A stretch of DNA of 62,449 bases, filler included. It is 3 parts of 3 records of this genome, joined end to end, with 100 filler letters (N's around TTAATTAATTAA, not from the genome) between each part and the next. Parts side by side here need not be neighbours in the genome. Positions count along the whole stretch, not along the records: positions 21,037 to 45,496 come from DRR723986_4694; positions 45,597 to 62,449 come from DRR723986_4704; 1 more part is not named here. One strand, given 5' to 3'. The position numbers and the translations under genes were made by a program. Below the pieces are notes generated by a model. It was not told the origin of the DNA, did no database searches, and worked only from the letters and a program-made list of their open reading frames with translations. How positions within the stretch are numbered: the stretch's first letter is position 1; each line of letters opens with the position of its first letter. This document shows positions 40,009-47,782 of the stretch, in pieces.

Positions 40009-40887
40009 ATGGCGGATCTCAGCGGCAAGGTTGCCGTAATCACGGGTGCAGCAAGCGGCATTGGCCTGGCAGGCGTGGAGACCTTTGTGGAGGCCGGCGC
40101 GAAAGTCATCGCGGCCGACATCCAGGACGAAAAGGGCCGCGCGCTGGAAGCGCGCTTCGGAACGGATAAAGTCCGCTACATCCATTGCGACGTGATGGAC
40201 CTCGCTGAGCTCGAAGCCTTGATGGAGGGCGCGGTCAGCCATTTCGGCAAGATCGATGTGGTGTGGAACAATGCCGGCAGCGGCGGCACGCCGGCCACCA
40301 TCGAGGAGCTGGACGAAGAGGGCTATGACATGACGATGGACCTGCTGCTGAAGCAGGTCTTCTTCGGCACCAAATTCGCCGTCGAGCGCATGAAGGAGTC
40401 CGGCGGCTCCATCATCAACACGTCCTCGATCAGCGCGCTGGAAGCAGGCTGGGCCCCGATCACCTATTCCGTGGCCAAGATCGGCGTGGCGCACTTCTCG
40501 CGCATCGCCGCGGCGCAGGTCGCCAAATACAAGATCCGCGTGAATGCGATCCTGCCGGGCTTCATCGCAACCTCCATCTTCGGGGCGTCCCTCGGCATGC
40601 CCAGACAAGTGGCTGACCAGATGGCGGAGATGCTGGCCCAGCAGGGCGGCTCAATGCAGCCGGCCGGACGGACGGGCCAGGGCAGGGATATCGCCCAGAT
40701 GGCGGCCTTCCTCGCCTCCGATGCGGCCGAGTTCATCACGGGCAGCCAGTTCACCGTCGATGGCGGCATCACGGTCGGTCCGCGTCATTCCTGGGACGAG
40801 ACGGCCGGCGGTCCGGTCCTCGAAGCCCTGGGCATCACACCGGAACAGGCCGAGCAGATGGCCGCCGCGATGCAGGCCCAGAAGTAA
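40009..40887 (+). CDS. short-chain dehydrogenase/reductase
   Basis: TGAASGIG, NNAG, YSVAK; GGAGG RBS before ATG 40009. Confidence 0.9.
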   Translation: MADLSGKVAVITGAASGIGLAGVETFVEAGAKVIAADIQDEKGRALEARFGTDKVRYIHCDVMDLAELEALMEGAVSHFGKIDVVWNNAGSGGTPATIEELDEEGYDMTMDLLLKQVFFGTKFAVERMKESGGSIINTSSISALEAGWAPITYSVAKIGVAHFSRIAAAQVAKYKIRVNAILPGFIATSIFGASLGMPRQVADQMAEMLAQQGGSMQPAGRTGQGRDIAQMAAFLASDAAEFITGSQFTVDGGITVGPRHSWDETAGGPVLEALGITPEQAEQMAAAMQAQK

Positions 40888-40891
40888 GGGC

Positions 40892-41179
40892 TCAGCGTTG
40901 GCGCCGGTCCGGGTCGAGGCCGGGTATGGCCTCGACAGCGGACAGCAATTCCTGCAGGGAGTCGGCTCGGATCACCCGGCGGCCTTTCTCGTCCGACAGG
41001 GCATAGCCCTCATCGGCCTTGAACAGCGGGAAGCGCCGCCAGTGGGCGCGGGTGCGGAAGATCCAGATCTGGTCGGGGGATTCGCCCGCAGCGGCCCATC
41101 CGGTCCACATGTGATCCGGCGGCAGGCTGCGCCACAGGGCGTCGATCTCGTCGACTTCGGAAGGCGTAAAGGCGGTCAT
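40892..41179 (-). CDS. hypothetical protein
   Basis: 95-aa ORF with host-like codon bias filling the gap between the SDR and DMT genes. Confidence 0.6.
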   Translation of the reverse strand: MTAFTPSEVDEIDALWRSLPPDHMWTGWAAAGESPDQIWIFRTRAHWRRFPLFKADEGYALSDEKGRRVIRADSLQELLSAVEAIPGLDPDRRQR

Positions 41180-42113
41180 GGCAGTCAGTCCAGATCAATC
41201 AGGTATCGCCGAGGTTAGTGCGGCTGAAGCGCCCCGCAACCTGGAAGGTGCACTCTGGATGACGGCTTCGGGCCTCGTCTTCACCGTGTTCCTGACCCTG
41301 TCCAAGGTTCAGTCGGCCGAATACGACCCAGGCTTCCTCGCCTTCTTCCGCTCTTTCATTGCCCTCATCCTGACCCTGCCGGTGATCATGCAGCAGGGCT
41401 GGGGCATCATGCGCATCCACCAGCCGGGCATGGTGCTGCTGCGCAGCCTGTTCGGCACGATGGGCTTCATCTTCGGCTTCTACGCGGTGTCGGCCCAGTT
41501 CGGCCTGCCTCTGTCGGAGTTCAACGCGATCAGCTTCTCGCGCGCCATGTTCATCACGGTGCTGGCGGCGGGGCTGCTGAAAGAGACAGTCGGCTGGCAC
41601 CGCTGGGGCGCGACGCTGGCAGGGTTCATCGGCGTCCTCATCATGACGCAGCCGCAGGCAGGCGTCAGCCTCGGCACATTGCTGGCGCTGGCGGCGGCCT
41701 TCTGTATGGCAGGGGCGATCACACTGGTGAAGCTGCTCTCCCGCAATCACCGGCCGGTTACGCTGCTGATCTGGGCGAATTTGCTCTCCTCGGCGATGCT
41801 GTTGCCGCTGGCTCTCTGGAAGATGCCGGAGGTGATGCCCTCCTGGCAGGACTGGGCCATGATCACACTGATGGGCGGCTGCGGTGTGGCCGGGCAGTAT
41901 TTCTACATCCGCGGCATGGCGATCGGGGACGCCTCGTTCCTGTCGCCGATCGACTATTTGCGCCTGCCCATGGCCGCGACAGTGGACTGGCTGCTGTTCA
42001 AGGCGCTGCCGGGGCCGTGGACCTGGGTCGGTACATTCATCATCATCGGTGCGACGGCTTATATCACCTTACGGGAACGCCAGGTGCGGCGGCGGCAGTC
42101 CGGAGGCGCCTGA
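41178..42113 (+). CDS. DMT/EamA family transporter
   Basis: About 10 TM; LKETVGWHRW ... GFIGVLIM, two-fold internal repeat. Confidence 0.88.
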   Translation: MAVSPDQSGIAEVSAAEAPRNLEGALWMTASGLVFTVFLTLSKVQSAEYDPGFLAFFRSFIALILTLPVIMQQGWGIMRIHQPGMVLLRSLFGTMGFIFGFYAVSAQFGLPLSEFNAISFSRAMFITVLAAGLLKETVGWHRWGATLAGFIGVLIMTQPQAGVSLGTLLALAAAFCMAGAITLVKLLSRNHRPVTLLIWANLLSSAMLLPLALWKMPEVMPSWQDWAMITLMGGCGVAGQYFYIRGMAIGDASFLSPIDYLRLPMAATVDWLLFKALPGPWTWVGTFIIIGATAYITLRERQVRRRQSGGA

Positions 42114-42188
42114 AGGTCCTTTTCGAAGTCTTCCCTTGTGAATAATGGTGAAATCGTTCATTGATCACGCCTGAAAAGGGAGGCTCGC

Positions 42189-43211
42189 ATGGCCAAAGTT
42201 CTTGTCACCGGTGCCACCGGCTTCATCGCCGGTCATGTCATCCACCAGTTGCTGGAAGCCGGACACGAAGTGAGGGGTACGGCCCGTTCCGTTTCGAGGG
42301 AAACCCCCCTGAACACGATTTTGAGCGACTATGCCGGCAAGCCGGTCCATATCGAGATCGTCGAGGCGGACCTGACCAGCGATGCCGGCTGGGCGGAGGC
42401 CGTCAAGGGCATGGACTATGTCCAGCATCTCGCCTCACCCTTTCTGGCCGTGATGCCGAAAGACCATGAGGAGCTGATCCGCCCGGCCCGCGACGGCGCC
42501 CTGCGTGTGCTGAAGGCCTCCAAAGCGGCCGGTGTGAAGCGGGTGGTGATGACCTCCTCCATGGCGGCGATCGCCTATGGCTGGGGCGACGCCCGGCCCA
42601 ATCCGCTGACCGAGGAACACTGGTCCAATCCGGACAATCTGAAAGACAATACGGCCTACACCCGCTCCAAGACGATCGCCGAGAAGGCTGCATGGGACTA
42701 TATGGCCGGGGAGGGCGCCGGCATGGAGCTCTCCGTCATCAACCCGTCTGCCGTGCTCGGCCCGGCGATGAGCGCGGATGTCTCCACCTCGCTCCAGATC
42801 ATTACCCAGCTGATGACGGGCAAGGCGCCGGCCTCGCCGCGGGTCGGCTTCTGCGTGGTCGACGTGCGCGATGTCGCCGATGCGCATGTGAAGGCGATGA
42901 CGGTGCCGGAAGCCGCTGGCGAGCGCTTCCTGGCGTCCGGCCGCTTCATGTGGATGGGCGAAGTGGCCGACGTACTGCGCGAGCAATTCCCGGACTACCG
43001 CAAGAAACTGCCGAAGGGCGAACTGCCGGACTGGCTGCTGAAGGCGTTGACGCTGGTGAACCCGCCCCTGAAAGCCGTTGTGCCGGAGCTCGGCCGGGAG
43101 CGGCATTGTTCGAACGAGAAGGCCCGCCGCATTCTGGGCTGGACGCCGCGGACCGAGGAAGAAGCGATCATCGAAAGCGCGCAGACCCTGATCGACCTGA
43201 ACATGATCTAG
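42189..43211 (+). CDS. NAD(P)-dependent aldehyde reductase / dihydroflavonol-reductase-like extended SDR
   Basis: TGATGFIA, HLASP, TSS, YTRSKTIAE, VDVRDVA. Confidence 0.88.
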   Translation: MAKVLVTGATGFIAGHVIHQLLEAGHEVRGTARSVSRETPLNTILSDYAGKPVHIEIVEADLTSDAGWAEAVKGMDYVQHLASPFLAVMPKDHEELIRPARDGALRVLKASKAAGVKRVVMTSSMAAIAYGWGDARPNPLTEEHWSNPDNLKDNTAYTRSKTIAEKAAWDYMAGEGAGMELSVINPSAVLGPAMSADVSTSLQIITQLMTGKAPASPRVGFCVVDVRDVADAHVKAMTVPEAAGERFLASGRFMWMGEVADVLREQFPDYRKKLPKGELPDWLLKALTLVNPPLKAVVPELGRERHCSNEKARRILGWTPRTEEEAIIESAQTLIDLNMI

Positions 43212-43726
43212 GCCTCGTTGCGGCCCCGGAACGTGGCGCCAGCGGCGATAAAGCTGGCGGCGGCCAGGAACGCCGAGACCAGGCCGTTCCACCCGGCCAT
43301 GGACAGGCCCAAAATATAGAACGGCGCATCGGTACAGGACGGCACGGTCATGGGGCGGTCCAGCGAGTCCATGTTCATGAGATCGATTTCACCGCCACCG
43401 ACACAACCGGTCGGGGGCGGGAAGATCTTCCATTCGACGCCGGAATGATAGAAGGCAACGACCACGCCGACGCCGAAGACAAGCCCGATCAGCACATTCA
43501 GCGCCACGAGGAACCGCCGGGTCGGCCGCAGTTTCCATAAGGCGAGCCCTGTCAGGGTCATGGCGATGAGGGCCCAGTAAACCTCCCGCTGGCGCAGGCA
43601 GAGCGGGCAGGGATACAGCTTGCCGAAAGTTTCGAAGGCGTGGGCCGCAGCAAGCATCAGGGCGGACACCACAACCGCGGCGACCGGCCATTTCCAGTCC
43701 TTGAGAAGACTTTGAAGGATGCTCAT
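43208..43726 (-). CDS. DsbB-family disulfide bond formation protein
   Basis: PCPLCLRQR, YHSGVEW, second Cys pair, GLSMAGWN. Confidence 0.85.
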   Translation of the reverse strand: MSILQSLLKDWKWPVAAVVVSALMLAAAHAFETFGKLYPCPLCLRQREVYWALIAMTLTGLALWKLRPTRRFLVALNVLIGLVFGVGVVVAFYHSGVEWKIFPPPTGCVGGGEIDLMNMDSLDRPMTVPSCTDAPFYILGLSMAGWNGLVSAFLAAASFIAAGATFRGRNEA

Positions 43727-43774
43727 CGCCGGCACGCTAGCATGCAGTCCCGCCAGCAAAAGTGCGGCGCAGCG

Positions 43775-44416
43775 TCACGAGCTGAAATTTCCCAGGACCC
43801 ACATCAGGGCGAAGTGGATGGCCGCCAGCGCCACCGGCAGGGCCAGGACGAGCAGCATCGATACCCAGAGGATCCCGAGAATACATCCGATGATGACAAG
43901 AATGCCATCCCGGTTGATGAGGCCGAAGGCAGCCAGTGCCACCGCAAATCCGGGAACCGTGTTGGTCATCGGCAGCGGCACCAGGATGGACGCGCAGAAG
44001 ATGCAAAGCACGAAGCCTAGCAGGCGTTCGGAGCGCGGACCCGTAATCTTGGCGAAGCGGGGTTTAGAGAAGGTCTCGATCCAACCCAGCCATTTGCGGC
44101 CGCCCTGTGCCATGGCGGTCAGGCCATTTCGGTCGATCTTGCGATTTCCAAGGGCATCCGGCAGCCAGGGCTGCTCGTGGCCGAGGGCCATTTGCGCCGC
44201 CAGCGCCATCATCGGCAGCGAAACGATTTGCGGCACGCCATAGAGGAAGGGAATGCAGCAAGGCAGGGCCAGCAGGAACAGGCCTGCGCCGAACGCGCTT
44301 TCATCCAGGCGGTCGAAGATTTCCCGCAGCGTATACCCGTCTTTCGGTGCGCCGGCGGCCATCGCCTCGACGATCTGAAGCAGGGTTTTTTCGGTTCCGG
44401 CGTCGGTGACACTCAT
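43775..44416 (-). CDS. exoD: exopolysaccharide synthesis ExoD family protein
   Basis: LLALP, PWLP, PLPMTNTVPG, RDG motifs. Confidence 0.82.
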   Translation of the reverse strand: MSVTDAGTEKTLLQIVEAMAAGAPKDGYTLREIFDRLDESAFGAGLFLLALPCCIPFLYGVPQIVSLPMMALAAQMALGHEQPWLPDALGNRKIDRNGLTAMAQGGRKWLGWIETFSKPRFAKITGPRSERLLGFVLCIFCASILVPLPMTNTVPGFAVALAAFGLINRDGILVIIGCILGILWVSMLLVLALPVALAAIHFALMWVLGNFSS

Positions 44417-44502
44417 GTGCGCTCAGTACGTCCTGTTAATATGCCGCCCGGGGTAGATTGACGGACAGGCCCGGCTCGGGCAGGAGAGCCTTCCCGATAA
44501 GG

Positions 44503-44589
44503 GCCTCTGTGGCGGAATTGGTAGACGCGACGGATTCAAAATCCGTTTCTGGCAACAGAGTGCCGGTTCGAGTCCGGCCAGAGGTACCA
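44503..44589 (+). tRNA. tRNA-Leu (anticodon CAA)
   Basis: Acceptor GCCTCTG/CAGAGGT, D-arm GGCGGAATTGGTAGACGC, anticodon arm ACGGA-TTCAAAA-TCCGT, long variable arm, GGTTCGAGTCC, encoded CCA; TTGACG -35 at 44458. Confidence 0.97.
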
Positions 44590-44672
44590 AAAATCAAGGG
44601 ATAACCTGCTGAAACCACTGTGTTTATTGGACTTCTGGCGATCCAGAAGGTACACAAAAGGAACACAGTGCC

Positions 44673-45020
44673 ATGAAATTCTCCAATCAAACCGCCGCTG
44701 CGAATGCTTCCACCATTACCGCAGCATATGATACTAAGCTAGCCGCAGACTCCTACGCGGCTGTGCGTTCTGCATCTACGTTGTACGTGGTTCTCAGGGC
44801 CCCGTGGCGGCGCTTCGCCATCCCGCAGGCATTGGCCATCGTGGGCACCATGGACGAAGCGTGCACGGTACAGGACGCCCTCATTGCTGACGCCGTGCAG
44901 CACATCGGGAACTTTCCAGAGGGCGACTATGAGGTGGCCGCTGAGCGTCTCGTGACGATCATGGATTGGGAGTGGTTCGAAGATGCTCACCATGAGCTTC
45001 TGATGACGCCGACCGCCTAA
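44673..45020 (+). CDS. hypothetical protein
   Basis: 115-aa ORF with AAGGA RBS and a downstream hairpin. Confidence 0.55.
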   Translation: MKFSNQTAAANASTITAAYDTKLAADSYAAVRSASTLYVVLRAPWRRFAIPQALAIVGTMDEACTVQDALIADAVQHIGNFPEGDYEVAAERLVTIMDWEWFEDAHHELLMTPTA

Positions 45021-45040
45021 CCCACCAGCCCAACTCTAAG

Positions 45041-45092
45041 AGCCCTCGAGTTCCACCTGCAACGGGTGGACTCGGGGGCTTCCTTTCGTTTT
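45041..45092 (+). terminator. long hairpin with T-rich tail
   Basis: AGCCCTCGAGTTCCACC-loop-GGTGGACTCGGGGGCT then TCCTTTCGTTTT. Confidence 0.6.
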
Positions 45093-45107
45093 CGGGGAGG
45101 CTACACC

Positions 45108-45482
45108 GTGCGCATGACGATCAAGTATCTACAGCGGAAGGGGAAGAGCCTCCGCTACCGCCGCCGTGTCCGGGAAGACCTAAGGCCGTACTTCGGTGGA
45201 GTCAGAGAGATCACTCGCGGGCTGGGGCTCAGCGTAGGTGAAGAGCACAAGGCACTCGGGCCGATACGGCGCATTGATGCGGATGTGTCCCGGCTCTTCC
45301 TTGAGGCTGAGCGTGCCCTTGCTCGGAAGGACGATCCTGAAACCCTAGCGGCCATCGCTGAGCAGTGGGCGTTGCAAGAGAAGTACATTGGCATTGATCG
45401 CGCTGGCATGGGTGACGGCTCAGCGCAGGAGCACACGCCCTTTGACCAGTGGGTGGATGAACTGATTGTTGATTTCTGCTGA
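45108..45482 (+). pseudogene. DUF6538-like (integrase-associated) protein, apparently truncated by an IS
   Basis: YLQRKGKSLRYRRRVREDLRPYFGGVREITRGLG; GGAGG RBS; last codons and stop come from the IS-like end. Confidence 0.6.
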
Positions 45483-45496
45483 GAACTGACCCGGGG
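45467..45496. mobile_element. terminal inverted repeat of an IS21-family-like element at the contig end
   Basis: TGTTGATTTCTGCTGAGAACTGACCCGGGG resembles IS21-family ends (TGTTGA ... AAYTGACCC); the assembly breaks here. Confidence 0.6.
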
Positions 45497-45596
45497 NNNN
45501 NNNNNNNNNNNNNNNNNNNNNNNNNNNNNNNNNNNNNNNNTTAATTAATTAANNNNNNNNNNNNNNNNNNNNNNNNNNNNNNNNNNNNNNNNNNNN
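45497..45596. other. artificial contig-joining spacer
   Basis: N run - TTAATTAATTAA - N run. Confidence 0.98.
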
Positions 45597-45936
45597 CCCT
45601 CGCGCAGGGCATTACGTTTGATATCTAAAGAGAGGTAGTCGCCAATCCTGTTGCGCCCCAGATCGTGGAAACATGTCTTGGGGCGCAGCAAAACCAGCCC
45701 GCTGCTGAGGTGCAGAATACCCCAATGCACTGAGTCAAAGAGGGGTGACATTTAAGTTTCTATAAATTTCCATTAATTATTCGATATTTGGCTGGGGCTT
45801 GTCAGATGCCCAATTTCAGAGGCATAATTTCCTAAAAGAACAAGTCTTGTGTCGTTCAGGCCCGGTTAGAGGTCACCAAAGAGCAGTTTGGTCGAAGCAA
45901 GCTTAGTTCGAAAAAACGATACAGGCTTTTGGTTCC

Positions 45937-46752
45937 ATGACCACAGAACTTCCCGAGAACATCATCTCGAATGCCTATTCAGGCATGTCCGAACGAAAAA
46001 TTCGGGGTCGCATTCCTGTGTTCATCAATTCCTACAATCAGCTGACCTATTTGCGCGATACCCTTCATTGGTTCTGTCAAAATGGGTTTCGTAACATCAC
46101 GGTGGTGGATAATGAATCCGACCACCCGGATCTATTGGCTTACTTTGAAAGCCGGGCTTTTCAGCGCCGCGCCACCCTGCACCGCATGGGGGTGAATGCC
46201 GGACCGCGCAGAACGTTGCAAAAGATGTCGGCCTTGCCGGAAACCTATGATGGCTTCATTTTTACAGACCCTGATTTGTTGTTGCCAGAAAACCCTGATC
46301 CCATGCTTGTGACCAATATGTTCCGTATCGGGCGTTGGTATCGGCGTCTCAAAGTTGGTCTGGCGCTGGATCTTAACCCTGACTACATCGACATTGATCG
46401 CCGTGTTTACTTGCACCGAACGGTGCAGGAAGTAGAACGGAAGAACTGGAAACGAGAGCTGGAGCCGGGCGTTTTCAAGGCCGTCATAGATACGACCTTT
46501 TTCTTGTATGTGCCGCCTTATGGCCCACACAAGTGTTTCAGTTTACATGGCCGCAGACAAACGCGGCTGCCGTCGATCCGTGTCGCCAAAGAAGGCTATG
46601 CAGCGCTCCACAGACCCTGGTTGAAGGATGGTGATTTAAACGCCTCTGAGCGCAATTATTATACGGACACGGCGTCTAAGGTGTATTCGACAGTGAGTGG
46701 TGCCGCTGCCCTAGAACGTGGCGACACGCATCTCTTGAGACGACAGGCCTGA
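45937..46752 (+). CDS. GT-A fold (GT2-like) glycosyltransferase-like protein
   Basis: PVFINSYN, VVDNES, FTDPD (DxD), KVGLAL, IDTTF, HRPW. Confidence 0.65.
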   Translation: MTTELPENIISNAYSGMSERKIRGRIPVFINSYNQLTYLRDTLHWFCQNGFRNITVVDNESDHPDLLAYFESRAFQRRATLHRMGVNAGPRRTLQKMSALPETYDGFIFTDPDLLLPENPDPMLVTNMFRIGRWYRRLKVGLALDLNPDYIDIDRRVYLHRTVQEVERKNWKRELEPGVFKAVIDTTFFLYVPPYGPHKCFSLHGRRQTRLPSIRVAKEGYAALHRPWLKDGDLNASERNYYTDTASKVYSTVSGAAALERGDTHLLRRQA

Positions 46753-46789
46753 GACCGACTGGACCGGATCGTCCGACATGTCTTGGCTT

Positions 46790-47674
46790 CTAATCGCGTG
46801 TTGATTTCTGGTTTTGTGACACCAGCCAATCTATGACATCTTGGGTTTCGCGGCGCGTCTGTACCCGGTCCCGGCTCTCGACAAAATACCCATGCGTGGG
46901 CGTGATCGTCTCGTTAAACAGACGCATGACACGACCCTCTCTCAGGTCTTGATCGATCAGGGGCAGCCAGCCAACAACCGCCCCTTGGCCTTCGGCAGCG
47001 CCGCGCAATAGAATATTGGCATCTTCAAAAACGGGCCCCCGCAACGGGGTCTTTGGATGCACATCCATCGCGGTAAACCAATCCAGCCATCCCCAATGGT
47101 TGCGCTGGTGTAAAATGGGTTTGTTCAGCAGCTCGGCAGGGTCGTGTATCGGGCCATGCTGTTGAATATAGCCCTCGCTTGCGATGGCCACTGGACGCAG
47201 CTCAAGCAGCTTATCGGCCCGCTCGGGCATGTCTCCCAAACGTTCCCAGCTGATCACGATATCCGCATGGGTCTGATCCCCCATACGTGGGCGATAGGAT
47301 GGCACCACCTCCAGTTCGATCTTGGGATGCTGGTCCCATAGATCGCTGATCCGGGGCATAAGCCAGCGCGCGGTAAAGATGGGCCCCGCCGCAAGGCGTA
47401 CCACCCTGCGCGATGTGCGCCGTAATGCGCGCACCGTATCGTCGAGCATCCCAAACGCTTGCTGGGTGGTGTCCGCCAGACGTCTGCCATCCTCGGTCAG
47501 CGTCACCTCGCGACCAGCCCGTTCAAACAGCTTGACGCCCAGTTGATCCTCAAGCCCGCGAATGTGGTGGCTAATGGCCGTCGGCGTGACGGACAGATGA
47601 TCCGCTGCGGCCCGAAAGCTGCCGCGCTTGGCGGCCGCGTCAAACGCCCGCAGCGCTGAGAGGGAGGGTAACAC
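46790..47674 (-). CDS. LysR-family regulator (GcvA-like)
   Basis: LPSLSALRAFDAAAKRGSFRAAADHLSVTPTAISHHIRGLE HTH; WLMPR. Confidence 0.93.
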   Translation of the reverse strand: MLPSLSALRAFDAAAKRGSFRAAADHLSVTPTAISHHIRGLEDQLGVKLFERAGREVTLTEDGRRLADTTQQAFGMLDDTVRALRRTSRRVVRLAAGPIFTARWLMPRISDLWDQHPKIELEVVPSYRPRMGDQTHADIVISWERLGDMPERADKLLELRPVAIASEGYIQQHGPIHDPAELLNKPILHQRNHWGWLDWFTAMDVHPKTPLRGPVFEDANILLRGAAEGQGAVVGWLPLIDQDLREGRVMRLFNETITPTHGYFVESRDRVQTRRETQDVIDWLVSQNQKSTRD

Positions 47675-47682
47675 ATAAACCT

Positions 47683-47707
47683 CATTGATGAGTTCAACTC
47701 ATCAATG
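47683..47707. promoter_or_regulatory. palindromic LysR-type operator
   Basis: CATTGATGAGTT-C-AACTCATCAATG, perfect 12-bp arms containing T-N11-A, between the divergent LysR gene and operon. Confidence 0.75.
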
Positions 47708-47782
47708 CTTGAGGAATGACCATTTGTAAACTGGCTCTCGTCTTTGCATCGTGGAACAGCAACAAGTTGGACTCATGAGACA

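Larger units (their letters stand above)
44590..45496. mobile_element. probable left edge of a tRNA-Leu-integrated genomic island
   Basis: Codon usage shifts after the tRNA; IHF-like AATCAAGGGATAA at 44592; integrase-associated N-terminal domain ORF. Confidence 0.6.

Noticed and set aside
39049-40608. 519-aa minus-strand ORF, and similar long ORFs at 34302-35726, 30824-31894 and 31095-32315
   Set aside because: Antisense shadows of well-supported genes, expected in high-GC3 DNA; no recognisable motifs
45597-45751. Minus-strand ORF running off the start of contig 3
   Set aside because: Only about 51 codons visible with no recognisable motif; cannot be supported
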